Assembly (NCBI GenBank): GCA_037141995.1
Contig: JBAXBM010000001.1
Span: 1 to 32,987, forward strand
Length of the DNA stretch: 32,987 bases
Origin: Candidatus Omnitrophota bacterium
Lineage (GTDB): Bacteria > Omnitrophota > Gorgyraeia > Zapsychrales > Fredricksoniimonadaceae
Direction: 5' to 3'
This document shows positions 8,129 to 17,400 of the stretch, one piece after another. The notes below the pieces were generated by a model that was given only the letters and a program-made list of their open reading frames with translations, was not told where the DNA came from and searched no databases. Each line of letters begins with the position of its first letter. Position 1 is the first letter of the stretch. Both the position numbers and the translations under genes were made by a program.

Positions 8129-9496
8129 ATGTTTATGAACAGAAATATTCAACTTGAACTGGAAGAACAGTTATTGACAAAGCTCAAGGGACGTCTTCGC
8201 GTCATTCAGCCTGATCACGAACGCACCGAAATCGCGCGCGTTGTTCTCGATAGCGTGCTTGTTAATGACAAATCAGGAAGATTTTCTAACGAATTTGCTG
8301 ATGCTGATTCAAAGCAGGTGTTTATCCTGCAATTTCTTTCCTACGGCATTGTTGAAAAGTTTTTATGTGATTCAGATGTTGAAGATATTGTCATCAACGG
8401 CCTTCATCCCATATATATTCATCATGCCCAGCATGGGTTCATTGATACCGGGGTCAAGTTCCAGGATGACCGGGAACTTGAGATTTTTATCAAGAAACTC
8501 ATGATTTTTGCTAATCGTGAATCCACCAAACGCGTTGTTGACCTCGAGCTTGCTAATTTGGGCGGGCGGGCGAATATTATCACATCGCCTTTTGGTGCGC
8601 AGATCACGATCACCAAGGCCAAGGTGGACCCCATCAGTATCATTGATCTTATTGTCCGCGGCACGATGAGTTATGAAGTGGCCGCGCAGCTTTGGATTTA
8701 TGTTGAAGGTTTTTCGATACGTCCGGCCAATATTATGCTGGCCGGCGGACCGGGAACGGGTAAGACGACACTTCTCAACGCATTATTCAGCTTTATTCCT
8801 GAAAAAGATCATCTGGTTATTATTGAAGACACACTCGAGCTTAATACGTTGCTCATGGATACGGTGTCCCGCCTGGAAAGTGATGATGAGTTATCGCTGG
8901 CTGACCTTGTCAAAAACAGCCTCCGCATGCGTCCTGAGCGAATCATAGTCGGTGAAGTCAGGGGGATTGAAGCCCGGGACATGATAACAGCCATGAATGT
9001 GGGTAAGTTCTGCATGTGCACTATTCACGCGCTCACTTCGCGCGAGGCGATTATCCGCCTGCAAAGTGAACCGATGAATATTCCTGAAACGCTTGTTAAT
9101 TTAATCGATGTTTTTGTTGTTCTCAAGCGCTTTCATGTTGACGGCAAAGTTTTCCGTGTGATTGAGGAGGTCAGTGAAACAGGGGGCATGGAGCAGAAAA
9201 AAATTCTTTTATCGCCGATTTATAAGTACAATTTCGAACAGAACCGTACGGCCCAGATGTCGCCGAGTACTATTTACCGTGATAAAGTTTCGCGTGAGGC
9301 CGGACTTAAACCTCGGGATATTATCAATGAAACGATCATCCGAGCGTATGTCCTGGAGCGGCTCCATCAACGCGGGATAACCACCCTGAAGGATGTGACA
9401 TCATTCTGCCAGGCGTATCGGCAGAATCCCGCGGATGCCATGGATCGTATCGGCCTAAATCGCCAGGTGCTTCTTAAAGAAGTTGAGAAATTGTAA
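8129..9496 (+). CDS. Type II/IV secretion-system family ATPase (CpaF/TadA/FlaI/VirB11-like)
   Basis: Walker A GGPGTGKTT, Walker B-like LVIIEDTLEL, the RMRPERIIVGEVRG motif and a His-box-like TIHA. The N-terminal domain contains DIVING…. Confidence 0.85.
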   Translation: MFMNRNIQLELEEQLLTKLKGRLRVIQPDHERTEIARVVLDSVLVNDKSGRFSNEFADADSKQVFILQFLSYGIVEKFLCDSDVEDIVINGLHPIYIHHAQHGFIDTGVKFQDDRELEIFIKKLMIFANRESTKRVVDLELANLGGRANIITSPFGAQITITKAKVDPISIIDLIVRGTMSYEVAAQLWIYVEGFSIRPANIMLAGGPGTGKTTLLNALFSFIPEKDHLVIIEDTLELNTLLMDTVSRLESDDELSLADLVKNSLRMRPERIIVGEVRGIEARDMITAMNVGKFCMCTIHALTSREAIIRLQSEPMNIPETLVNLIDVFVVLKRFHVDGKVFRVIEEVSETGGMEQKKILLSPIYKYNFEQNRTAQMSPSTIYRDKVSREAGLKPRDIINETIIRAYVLERLHQRGITTLKDVTSFCQAYRQNPADAMDRIGLNRQVLLKEVEKL

Positions 9497-9526
9497 TTTA
9501 TTTAATGATCAATCCCAGGAAATTTT

Positions 9527-10609
9527 ATGCCCAGGTTGTTTAAGAAAAAAATGAAAAAGATTAATCCGCCGGAAGCGTTGGTTTATGAAGGAAGGCAAAG
9601 GTCGGATGCGCCTGTGATTACGATTTTTGATTATGATGAGAATGCCTGTGTCGAAAAAATTGTAAAAGATGTGGAGACATGTTTTGCTTTCAGGGATAAA
9701 CCGACGGTAACATGGGTTAATGTGGATGGTCTTCATCAAACGGATATCCTTGAAAAACTGAGCCGCGGGTATGCGCTGCATCATCTTGTCCTGGAAGATG
9801 TCCTGAATATTAATCAACGCCCAAAAGCGGAAGATTTCGGGGAATATATTTTCTTGGCCGCCAAGATGTTGGCCTATGACGAAACAAGCGGTGAGATCAC
9901 GGAAGAACAGGTAAGTATTATTCTCGGTGAGAATTTTGTCATCACTTTTCAGGAAGATAAAGAAGGGGATGTGTTTGGAGATATCCGTCAGAGGATCCGT
10001 AACGGGAAAGGGCGGATTCGAAAAATGAAAGCGGATTATTTGGCGTATGCCATGCTCGACGCAATCGTTGATAATTACTTTGTCATCCTTGAGAAAATGG
10101 GAGAAAAGATCGAGCTGATCGAAGAACTTCTTGTGGAGAAGCCGGACCAGCAGACACTCCAGTCGATTAACCGTATGAAGCGTTCGCTTATTTTTCTCAG
10201 AAAATCAGTTTGGCCCCTGAGAGAAGTCGCGCGGACAGTGACCCAGACAGAATCTCCCTTGATTCGTCCGTTGTCTTTGGCATACTTCAGGGATATCCAT
10301 GACCATATTATTCAGGCCGTGGATACCATCGAGGCATTCAGAGATACAGTCTCAGGCATGCTGGATATTTATTTATCAAGTTTAAGCCATCGACTGAACG
10401 AAGTGATGAAAGTCCTGACAATTATTGCCACAATCTTTATGCCGCTCACTTTTATCGCCGGGATATACGGGATGAATTTTAATACCCATGCCTCCCCCCT
10501 GAATATGCCGGAATTAAACTGGCCGCTGGGGTATCTTTTTGCTATTATTTTAATGTTAAGTGTTGTTATGGGAATGATCATTTATTTTAAAAAGAAGGAA
10601 TGGTTTTAA
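9527..10609 (+). CDS. corA: CorA-family Mg2+/Co2+ transporter
   Basis: YGMNF signature between two C-terminal TM helices, preceded by a long cytoplasmic domain. Typical length (360 aa). Confidence 0.9.
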   Translation: MPRLFKKKMKKINPPEALVYEGRQRSDAPVITIFDYDENACVEKIVKDVETCFAFRDKPTVTWVNVDGLHQTDILEKLSRGYALHHLVLEDVLNINQRPKAEDFGEYIFLAAKMLAYDETSGEITEEQVSIILGENFVITFQEDKEGDVFGDIRQRIRNGKGRIRKMKADYLAYAMLDAIVDNYFVILEKMGEKIELIEELLVEKPDQQTLQSINRMKRSLIFLRKSVWPLREVARTVTQTESPLIRPLSLAYFRDIHDHIIQAVDTIEAFRDTVSGMLDIYLSSLSHRLNEVMKVLTIIATIFMPLTFIAGIYGMNFNTHASPLNMPELNWPLGYLFAIILMLSVVMGMIIYFKKKEWF

Positions 10610-10659
10610 CCCACAATAAAGTGATGCGCTAACCCGTGGTTTATATCGGAGGAGATATT

Positions 10660-11484
10660 ATGCTGAATTTTAAAGTTGATCCGGCGACGTGTACGCATTG
10701 CGGCCTTTGTGCTAATGATTGCCCTGCCAAGATCATTGTGATGGGTGATCATGGTCCGGCTATAGCGCCTGCTGATGAAGGCAGTTGCTATCAATGCCAG
10801 CATTGCCTGGCGGTGTGCCCTTCGGGGTCTGTTTCAATCCTTGGCGTGACGGCATCATCATGTATTCCTTTAAAAGGAAATCTTCCCACACCCGATCAAG
10901 TTGAAATTCTTATCCGGGGGCGCCGTACGGTACGCCGTTATTACGATGAGAATCTTGATCCTGCCCTGATACATAAGCTTCTGAATGTTGCCTGGCAGGC
11001 GGCCAGCGGCAGGAATGAGCGCAAGGTTCTGCTGTCGGTCATTGATGACCGCAAGGTGATGGCTGCGTTTCGCGAGGAGACATTGGCCTCTCTGGCCCGG
11101 ATGATCCGTGACAATAAGCTCCCACCTGGAAGGGAGCGTTTTATTGATATTGTTAAAGCTTGGGAAAACAAGAAGGTTGATATTATTTTCAGGGGTGCTC
11201 CGCACCTTGTGGTGGCATCGGCACCCAGGACCTGCGCCTGTCCTGAGGCAGATTGTTTGATCGCGTTAACGACATTGGAACTCTTTGCCAGCTCTAATGG
11301 TGTCGGGACGGTATGGGCTGGGATGCTCCAGTGGGCAATGCTTGAAATTTTACCTGAATTGCGGGGAAGACTTGGGATACCTGATGATCATGTGTTGGGG
11401 TACGCGATGTTGTTTGGAAAACCGGCGGTGAAGTATGCGCGGACGGTACGCCATGAACCGGCATTGATCAGCAGAGTTCATTGA
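10660..11484 (+). CDS. Nitroreductase-family protein with an N-terminal 2x[4Fe-4S] ferredoxin domain
   Basis: Two CxxCxxCxxxCP motifs (CTHCGLCANDCP, CYQCQHCLAVCP), followed by a nitroreductase-like fold (RRTVRRY…). GGAGG lies upstream of ATG 10660. Confidence 0.8.
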   Translation: MLNFKVDPATCTHCGLCANDCPAKIIVMGDHGPAIAPADEGSCYQCQHCLAVCPSGSVSILGVTASSCIPLKGNLPTPDQVEILIRGRRTVRRYYDENLDPALIHKLLNVAWQAASGRNERKVLLSVIDDRKVMAAFREETLASLARMIRDNKLPPGRERFIDIVKAWENKKVDIIFRGAPHLVVASAPRTCACPEADCLIALTTLELFASSNGVGTVWAGMLQWAMLEILPELRGRLGIPDDHVLGYAMLFGKPAVKYARTVRHEPALISRVH

Positions 11485-11541
11485 GGCCAAAAATTAATTT
11501 TTTGATTTGAATGTAAAGTTTCGTCAAAGAAGTACGTTTGA

Positions 11542-11973
11542 TTATTTGGAATGGAACACTAATTTGTAATGTTCCCTGAATGATGGATAAAGAAAAAGAA
11601 GCCAGACGCCTAAGGTGATGTAGCCTCTGGCAGGGGTATCGTGAAAAGCAGCGCGCAGCATAAGAAAATCATAGTTGTGCCCCAGGCAAAATGCCGGGAT
11701 GCGGAGGATGAGAAGCCACCGGTAGAAGATGATCCAGTGTGAGGTGCGCGAGTAGGCTTTTTCAGAAAGAGGCGCGATAACCATGCACGTGATAATGGCA
11801 TCAAAAATAGCCAGGGCATACCAGAGAAAACCTAAGGGATTTAATCGTAAAATTATATTATAATAAATGAAAGTATCGCCTTCGGGGGAACAAAGCGATA
11901 CCAGTGTTGTTATCGCGAAGATTGCGAACAGGAGTAAATAAACTTTTAAACCGAGATTGATTGGCAAACGCAT
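11542..11973 (-). CDS. Small hypothetical integral membrane protein, about 4 TM segments
   Basis: Hydrophobic ORF on the minus strand, divergent from lemA. I recognise no family. The start is ATG 11973 or TTG 11997. Confidence 0.5.
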   Translation of the reverse strand: MRLPINLGLKVYLLLFAIFAITTLVSLCSPEGDTFIYYNIILRLNPLGFLWYALAIFDAIITCMVIAPLSEKAYSRTSHWIIFYRWLLILRIPAFCLGHNYDFLMLRAAFHDTPARGYITLGVWLLFLYPSFREHYKLVFHSK

Positions 11974-12065
11974 GACATTATTGTAAAATAAAATCAATAA
12001 TTTTTGGTAACAATTTTATTTTCTTATTTTATAAATATTTTATAAATGAAACAAGGAGGTTGGAA

Positions 12066-12620
12066 ATGATAGTTATTTGGATTCTTTTAGGCGTGTTGGT
12101 GTGTGCCGCGGGAATGATGATCAGTGTGTATAACGGGCTGGTTCAATTGCGTGTTGGTGTGCAGAATGCCTGGTCGCAGATCGATGTTCAGCTCAAACGG
12201 CGGCATGATTTGATTCCCAATCTTGTGGAAACAGCCAAGGGCTATATGGCGCATGAACGGGGCACACTCGAGAGCGTTATCCGCGCCCGGCAAATAGCGG
12301 TTGATGCGGGATCGTTAAAAGATAAATTTGCCGCTGAGAACATGCTGACGACTACTTTGCGAAGCTTGATGGCGGTTTCTGAAAATTATCCGAATCTTAA
12401 GGCTGATCAGACCATGATGCGTCTGCAGGAGGAATTGACAACGACGGAGAATAAAATCGGATTCGCGCGCCAATTTTATAATGATGAAGTCAACCGTTTG
12501 AATATCACGGTTCAGTCTTTTCCCTCAAATGTCATCGCAGCGCAATTCGGATTTAAAACGGCTGAATTCTTTCAGGTTGAGACGGCTGAAGAACGCAACG
12601 CTCCGCAAGTCAAGTTTTAG
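12066..12620 (+). CDS. lemA: LemA-family protein
   Basis: One N-terminal TM helix, then [39 protein letters not shown], the LemA signature. AGGAGG lies 5 nt upstream of ATG 12066. Confidence 0.88.
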   Translation: [184 protein letters not shown]

Positions 12621-12639
12621 GTTCCAGGGGATATCCCCA

Positions 12640-14241
12640 ATGCCATTTTCATTTACCCAGATTGAGCAGGAAAAAACAGGAACGATCCAGATATCACTGG
12701 CGTTTCTGCTTTTTTTTTATTTTATATCGGCGTTAGTCATTGTTTATGCGATAAAGGCGTGGTTTTATTTTTCGGCGATTGACACGACTTACGCAGAATT
12801 CCCTGGATGGCCGTCCCTTGACGGGCAGACAATCCTCTTGACATTAGCGGGGGCATGCATTGCCGGAGCGATCCATTGGCAATTTTCTCAAAATGGATTG
12901 ATTAACAGGATCCTGGCAATGATGGGCGGCCGGCCGCCCGATGATAATCGGCAGGAGGAGCGCATATTCAGGAATGTGGTAGACGAGGCGCATGTCGCGA
13001 CAGGAGGGAAATACCGCATTGAACCGTATATTCTTCCTACGGCGGCGCTGAATGCGTTTGCCCTCCAGGATTTTGAAGGGCGTTCTATCATTGGTATTAC
13101 AGAAGGGCTGTTAATGCGCCTGAACCGTGCCCAGCTTGAAGCGGTTATCGCTCATGAGGCGGGGCATGTGGCTTCCGGTGATTGCCTGCAAACGACCACT
13201 ACCAGTTGTCTTTTTAAAACGTTTGATAATATCTGTGATATCACCTCCCGGCTTTTGACTGTTTCAAGTCAAGCGGGGTATATCGGAGCGACTTATCATG
13301 ATCGCGAATCACGTCATTCCAATGATGGGCGGATGATGCTTTTTTTCCTGATGCTTTTCTTACTGGCTTCTGTGCTGCGTTTTATTGGATTTTTAGGGTC
13401 GATGTTTATTTCGCGTCAGCGGGAATACCGCGCGGATGCTATATCCGTCAAATTGACCCGTAATCCTTTAGCCCTTGCCGAAGCACTGCATATCATTAGT
13501 AACCGCTGGAAAGGCAGCGGGATGCCGGGTGAGAATATGGAAGCTATTTTTATTTCCAATCCGCATCAGAGCAATTTGGAACAAACAACGGGTGTGCTGG
13601 CCGAACTTTTTACAACACACCCTCCGGTTGAAAAACGTATTGCCATCCTGCTGGATATGGCGCATGCCACCCGTCAGGATCTGGATGCGGCTTTACTGAA
13701 AGCCAGGGTCAGGTTTGAGGCCGTGAAAGATCCTGAAATTCAGGAACAACCGGTATCGCAGGTCCCGTTGAAGCCTGTGATGATCCCGGGTCTGCCTGCC
13801 GAAGCAGCGGCATCAGCATCATTGACGGAAAAAGACCATTGCCCGCGTTGCTGTACAACGTTGGCCCCGCAGGATTACGAGGGGGTTTCGGTTCTTTCTT
13901 GCCCTGGTTGTGGGGGAGTGCTCGTGACAGAGCGTGATGTCCTTCACATTGTTCATACCCGGGACAAAGTATTCGATGAGGCAATCCGGCGGCAGGGTGA
14001 TTTACTTCACCGTCAGGTTCGGCCTTTAAGGCTGGCTTCTTCCGAAGGGGTATATGATGAAAAAAGTATCGTATGCCCAGCGTGCCTGGATACAGCGTCG
14101 CTCATGCACCGCCGGTTTGTAAATCCGAAGTTTCCTGTTGAAGTGGACAAGTGCCCGCTTTGCCGGGCTGTCTGGTTTGACAGGGATGAACTTGAGGTCC
14201 TGCAGTACCTTTATGAAATCGAACATCCCGTCCGGGTTTAG
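12640..14241 (+). CDS. M48-family (HtpX-like) membrane zinc metalloprotease with two C-terminal zinc-ribbon modules
   Basis: HExxH (AHEAGHVASGD) with a downstream REYRAD glutamate and multiple TM segments. The C-terminus has two CxxC…CxxC units: CPRCC…CPGCGG, and CPAC…CPLCRAVWFDRDELE. The second resembles the TFIIB-type bacterial Zn-ribbon. Confidence 0.82.
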   Translation: MPFSFTQIEQEKTGTIQISLAFLLFFYFISALVIVYAIKAWFYFSAIDTTYAEFPGWPSLDGQTILLTLAGACIAGAIHWQFSQNGLINRILAMMGGRPPDDNRQEERIFRNVVDEAHVATGGKYRIEPYILPTAALNAFALQDFEGRSIIGITEGLLMRLNRAQLEAVIAHEAGHVASGDCLQTTTTSCLFKTFDNICDITSRLLTVSSQAGYIGATYHDRESRHSNDGRMMLFFLMLFLLASVLRFIGFLGSMFISRQREYRADAISVKLTRNPLALAEALHIISNRWKGSGMPGENMEAIFISNPHQSNLEQTTGVLAELFTTHPPVEKRIAILLDMAHATRQDLDAALLKARVRFEAVKDPEIQEQPVSQVPLKPVMIPGLPAEAAASASLTEKDHCPRCCTTLAPQDYEGVSVLSCPGCGGVLVTERDVLHIVHTRDKVFDEAIRRQGDLLHRQVRPLRLASSEGVYDEKSIVCPACLDTASLMHRRFVNPKFPVEVDKCPLCRAVWFDRDELEVLQYLYEIEHPVRV

Positions 14242-14249
14242 GGCGGCTC

Positions 14250-16328
14250 ATGACATCTCCGAAAGAAATTCCTATTCAGTTCCTTAAAGGCGTCGGGCCA
14301 TCGCGCGCCAAACTTTTTGTTCAGTTAGGCGTGCGTTCGGTCGAAGATCTTTTGTATCTTTTCCCGCGGAGATACGAAGACCGCCGGAAAATGTCTCCTG
14401 TTAATACACTAAAGCCCGGTGAAGAATATACGGTGGAAGGAAGTGTTCTGGCCAAAGGAGGACGGCGGACATTCTTTAATAAGAAACATGTATTTGAGAT
14501 GGAAATGGGAGATGATCACGGGCGTATTCATTGTGTCTGGTTTAATCAGTCCTATCTTGATAAATATTTTCATGTGGGTGACAAAGTTGTTTTACACGGC
14601 AGGGTGGATCTTTTTAAAGGGCGTTTACAGCTTGTTGCCCCGGAATATGAGGTTATTTCCCGGGATGATGAACATCTGAGCATGGGGCGTATCGTGCCAG
14701 TGTATCCGCTGACCAAAGGGATGGGACAGCGTTATCTGCGTAAACTTATTGCGTTTGCCCTCGAGCATCATGCGGCCGCGCTTATTGATGTCCTTCCGCC
14801 TGAAGTGCGTGCTCGGCAGGGCTTGGGTGATATTGCCGCCTCCATTGCCAGCATTCATTTTCCTGAGAATGAATCGGCGCAAGAAAAAGCTGCCGCGCGT
14901 ATTTCTTTTGAAGAATTCTTTTTCTTTCAAATATGTGTTGTTCTCCGGCGATTGAGCCTGACATCAAAACCTGGTTTTGCCCACACGCGCGTACCGTCGG
15001 TAATGGATCGTTTCGGCGAAATCTTTCCTTTCGCGTTAACATCTGCCCAGAAGAAGGTCATTGCCGAGATTGCCGTTGATATGGCGGGTAAGCGCCCCAT
15101 GCTGAGGCTTTTGCAGGGTGATGTCGGGTGCGGCAAGACAGCGGCCGCGCTTTTCGGCTGCGTGGTGGCCTGGATCAATGGTAAACAGGCGGCGATCATG
15201 GCTCCGACAGAAATCCTGGCTGAACAGCATTTTAAGACTATCCTCAGGTATGTGGCAAAGTCATTGTTCGGTAAAATAAGGGTGGCATTGTTAAATAGCG
15301 CGCTGAAGAAAAAAGACAGGGCTGAATTATACGCAGCGATCAAGGCTGGTGAAGTTGATATTATCGTCGGTACGCATGCTTTAATTGAGGATGGTGTCCG
15401 ATTTAAGGCGCTCAGTTATGCCGTTATCGATGAGCAGCATAAGTTCGGCGTCAAGCAACGAGCCCTGCTGGCGGCAAAGGGTAAAAGGCCGGATCTGCTG
15501 GTTATGACGGCCACGCCGATCCCGCGCACGCTGTCATTAACGCTTTATGGTGATCTTGATGTGTCGACGATTGACGCAAAACCAGGGGGGCGCGGCAAGG
15601 TGCAAACATATCATGTTGTTGGAGACCAGGCTGACGGCGTTTATAAACGGGTGGCCGAATGGGTGGTTGAACGCAAAACTCAAGCCTATATCGTTTATCC
15701 GATCATTGAGGAGTCAGAAACGCTTGATATCAAGGCCGCTGCGGATATGTATGCGCATTTTCAGGAGAATGAATTTAAGGGGTTGCGTGTCGGACTTGTT
15801 CACGGACGATTACCGAGGGAAGCCGCGCGCCGGGTGATGGATGAATTCCAGCGGCATGAGATTGATATCTTGGTGACCACGACAGTCCTTGAGGTGGGGA
15901 TTGATGTACCTAATGCCAATGTGATGGTGGTCGAACATGCCGAACGCTTTGGGCTTGCCCAGCTCCATCAGTTAAGAGGACGCATCGGCCGCAGTGAAAA
16001 AAATGCGGTCTGTATCCTGTTGGGAGACCCCGTAACGGCTGACGGGAATAAGCGTATCGAAGCATTGGTTAAGACGAGTGACGGGTTTAAGCTCGCGGAA
16101 CTGGATTTGGAGATAAGGGGGCCCGGTCAGTATTTCGGACGGCATCAGCATGGACTTAATGAGCTTAAGGTCATTAATCCTCTGGGTCAGCGCCAGGTTC
16201 TTGAAGCTGCGCGTGCGGAAGCTGCCGCCGTTCTTAAAGAAGACCCCGCCCTTGCGGCACATCCGCTTGTTTTGGATACCATTCATCAGCGTTATCCCGC
16301 ATACCTGGAAGGCATTTCCGGGGGATGA
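14250..16328 (+). CDS. recG: ATP-dependent DNA helicase RecG
   Basis: N-terminal wedge-domain-like region. Helicase motifs GDVGCGKT, VIDEQHKFG, TATPIPRT and QLRGRIGR. Typical length (692 aa). Confidence 0.93.
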   Translation: MTSPKEIPIQFLKGVGPSRAKLFVQLGVRSVEDLLYLFPRRYEDRRKMSPVNTLKPGEEYTVEGSVLAKGGRRTFFNKKHVFEMEMGDDHGRIHCVWFNQSYLDKYFHVGDKVVLHGRVDLFKGRLQLVAPEYEVISRDDEHLSMGRIVPVYPLTKGMGQRYLRKLIAFALEHHAAALIDVLPPEVRARQGLGDIAASIASIHFPENESAQEKAAARISFEEFFFFQICVVLRRLSLTSKPGFAHTRVPSVMDRFGEIFPFALTSAQKKVIAEIAVDMAGKRPMLRLLQGDVGCGKTAAALFGCVVAWINGKQAAIMAPTEILAEQHFKTILRYVAKSLFGKIRVALLNSALKKKDRAELYAAIKAGEVDIIVGTHALIEDGVRFKALSYAVIDEQHKFGVKQRALLAAKGKRPDLLVMTATPIPRTLSLTLYGDLDVSTIDAKPGGRGKVQTYHVVGDQADGVYKRVAEWVVERKTQAYIVYPIIEESETLDIKAAADMYAHFQENEFKGLRVGLVHGRLPREAARRVMDEFQRHEIDILVTTTVLEVGIDVPNANVMVVEHAERFGLAQLHQLRGRIGRSEKNAVCILLGDPVTADGNKRIEALVKTSDGFKLAELDLEIRGPGQYFGRHQHGLNELKVINPLGQRQVLEAARAEAAAVLKEDPALAAHPLVLDTIHQRYPAYLEGISGG

Positions 16329-16371
16329 TATCGGGGCGCAGTTATAATGAATATTTATAAAGGAGTTATTT

Positions 16372-17400
16372 ATGTCAAAGGTTAAAATCATATGCACCTT
16401 GGGGCCAGCGTCGGGAAGTGCCGGTGTCTTGACGCGCATGATGCGGTCCGGGATGGACGTGGTGCGGCTTAATTTTTCTCACGGATCACAGGCGGAACAT
16501 CTTCAACATATCAAAATGATCCGCCTGATCAATAAAAAGAATCGCCGGCATATAAGGATACTGGGGGATCTTGAAGGCTATCGTATCCGTATCGGAAAGT
16601 TAAAAGGCGGGATCCCTCTTGAATTGAAAAAAGGGCAGGATATTCATTTGACGGGGCAGGATATTGAAGGGGCCGCTGACCGTATTCCTTTTGATTATAC
16701 CGGGCCTCTTGAATCTATTCGAAAAGGGCAGTCGATTTTTATTGATGATGGCAATATTGCGCTTGAGGCGGAAGGTTTTGATAAGAAGGGAGTTAAAGCA
16801 AAGGTAATTGTGGGCGGGTTTCTCAAGGAGCATAAAGGGGTCAATATGCCGGGGCTTAAGCTGGCGTTTAAAGGTCTTACAGCCAAGGATAAGGTAAATA
16901 TCACATTTTGTTTGGATCAAAAGATTGACTTTATTGCCCAGTCATTTGTCAGGGATCAAGAGGATATTCTTGCCCTTAAAAAGTTTATCGGAATGCATGC
17001 GCATCAACCGGCCTTGATCGCTAAGATTGAGAATAGGGATGGGGTGCGTAATATAGACCGCATTATGGCCGTTTCCCAGGGGATCATGATCGCGCGCGGT
17101 GATATGGGGGTGTCTTTACCGGTTTATGAAGTGCCCATGATTCAAAAATCAATCATCAAGAAATGCAATCAGGCAGGGATATTTGTCATCACGGCGACAC
17201 AGATGCTGGAAAGTATGATTCATAACCGGCTGCCGACAAGAGCCGAGGTGTCAGATGTGGCAAACGCTATTTTAGACGGTACGGATTTTGTTATGCTTTC
17301 CGCCGAGAGTGCTGTTGGCCATGATCCTGCCGGCTGTGTGGCAATGATGGAAAATGTGATCAGGTTTACCGAGCAATCTTCGCGTCAGGACAATGGATGA
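16372..17400 (+). CDS. pyk: Pyruvate kinase-like protein with A and B domains only; the C-terminal domain is absent
   Basis: KIICTLGPAS, RLNFSHGS, KGVNMPG, IAKIENRDGV, MIARGDMGV, ATQMLESM and PTRAEVSDVANAILDG are all present. The ORF stops at 342 aa, whereas canonical pyruvate kinases are about 470 aa. The stop overlaps the start of the next gene (ATGA). Confidence 0.8.
   Translation: MSKVKIICTLGPASGSAGVLTRMMRSGMDVVRLNFSHGSQAEHLQHIKMIRLINKKNRRHIRILGDLEGYRIRIGKLKGGIPLELKKGQDIHLTGQDIEGAADRIPFDYTGPLESIRKGQSIFIDDGNIALEAEGFDKKGVKAKVIVGGFLKEHKGVNMPGLKLAFKGLTAKDKVNITFCLDQKIDFIAQSFVRDQEDILALKKFIGMHAHQPALIAKIENRDGVRNIDRIMAVSQGIMIARGDMGVSLPVYEVPMIQKSIIKKCNQAGIFVITATQMLESMIHNRLPTRAEVSDVANAILDGTDFVMLSAESAVGHDPAGCVAMMENVIRFTEQSSRQDNG

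Noticed and set aside
11489-11502. Perfect AT-only palindromes (AAAAATTAATTTTT at 11489-11502 and GTATTTTAAAATAC at 24129-24142) as intrinsic terminators.
   Set aside because: The stems contain almost no G:C pairs and would be thermodynamically very weak, so I did not call them terminators. The 24129 palindrome is mentioned only as a possible protein-binding site.
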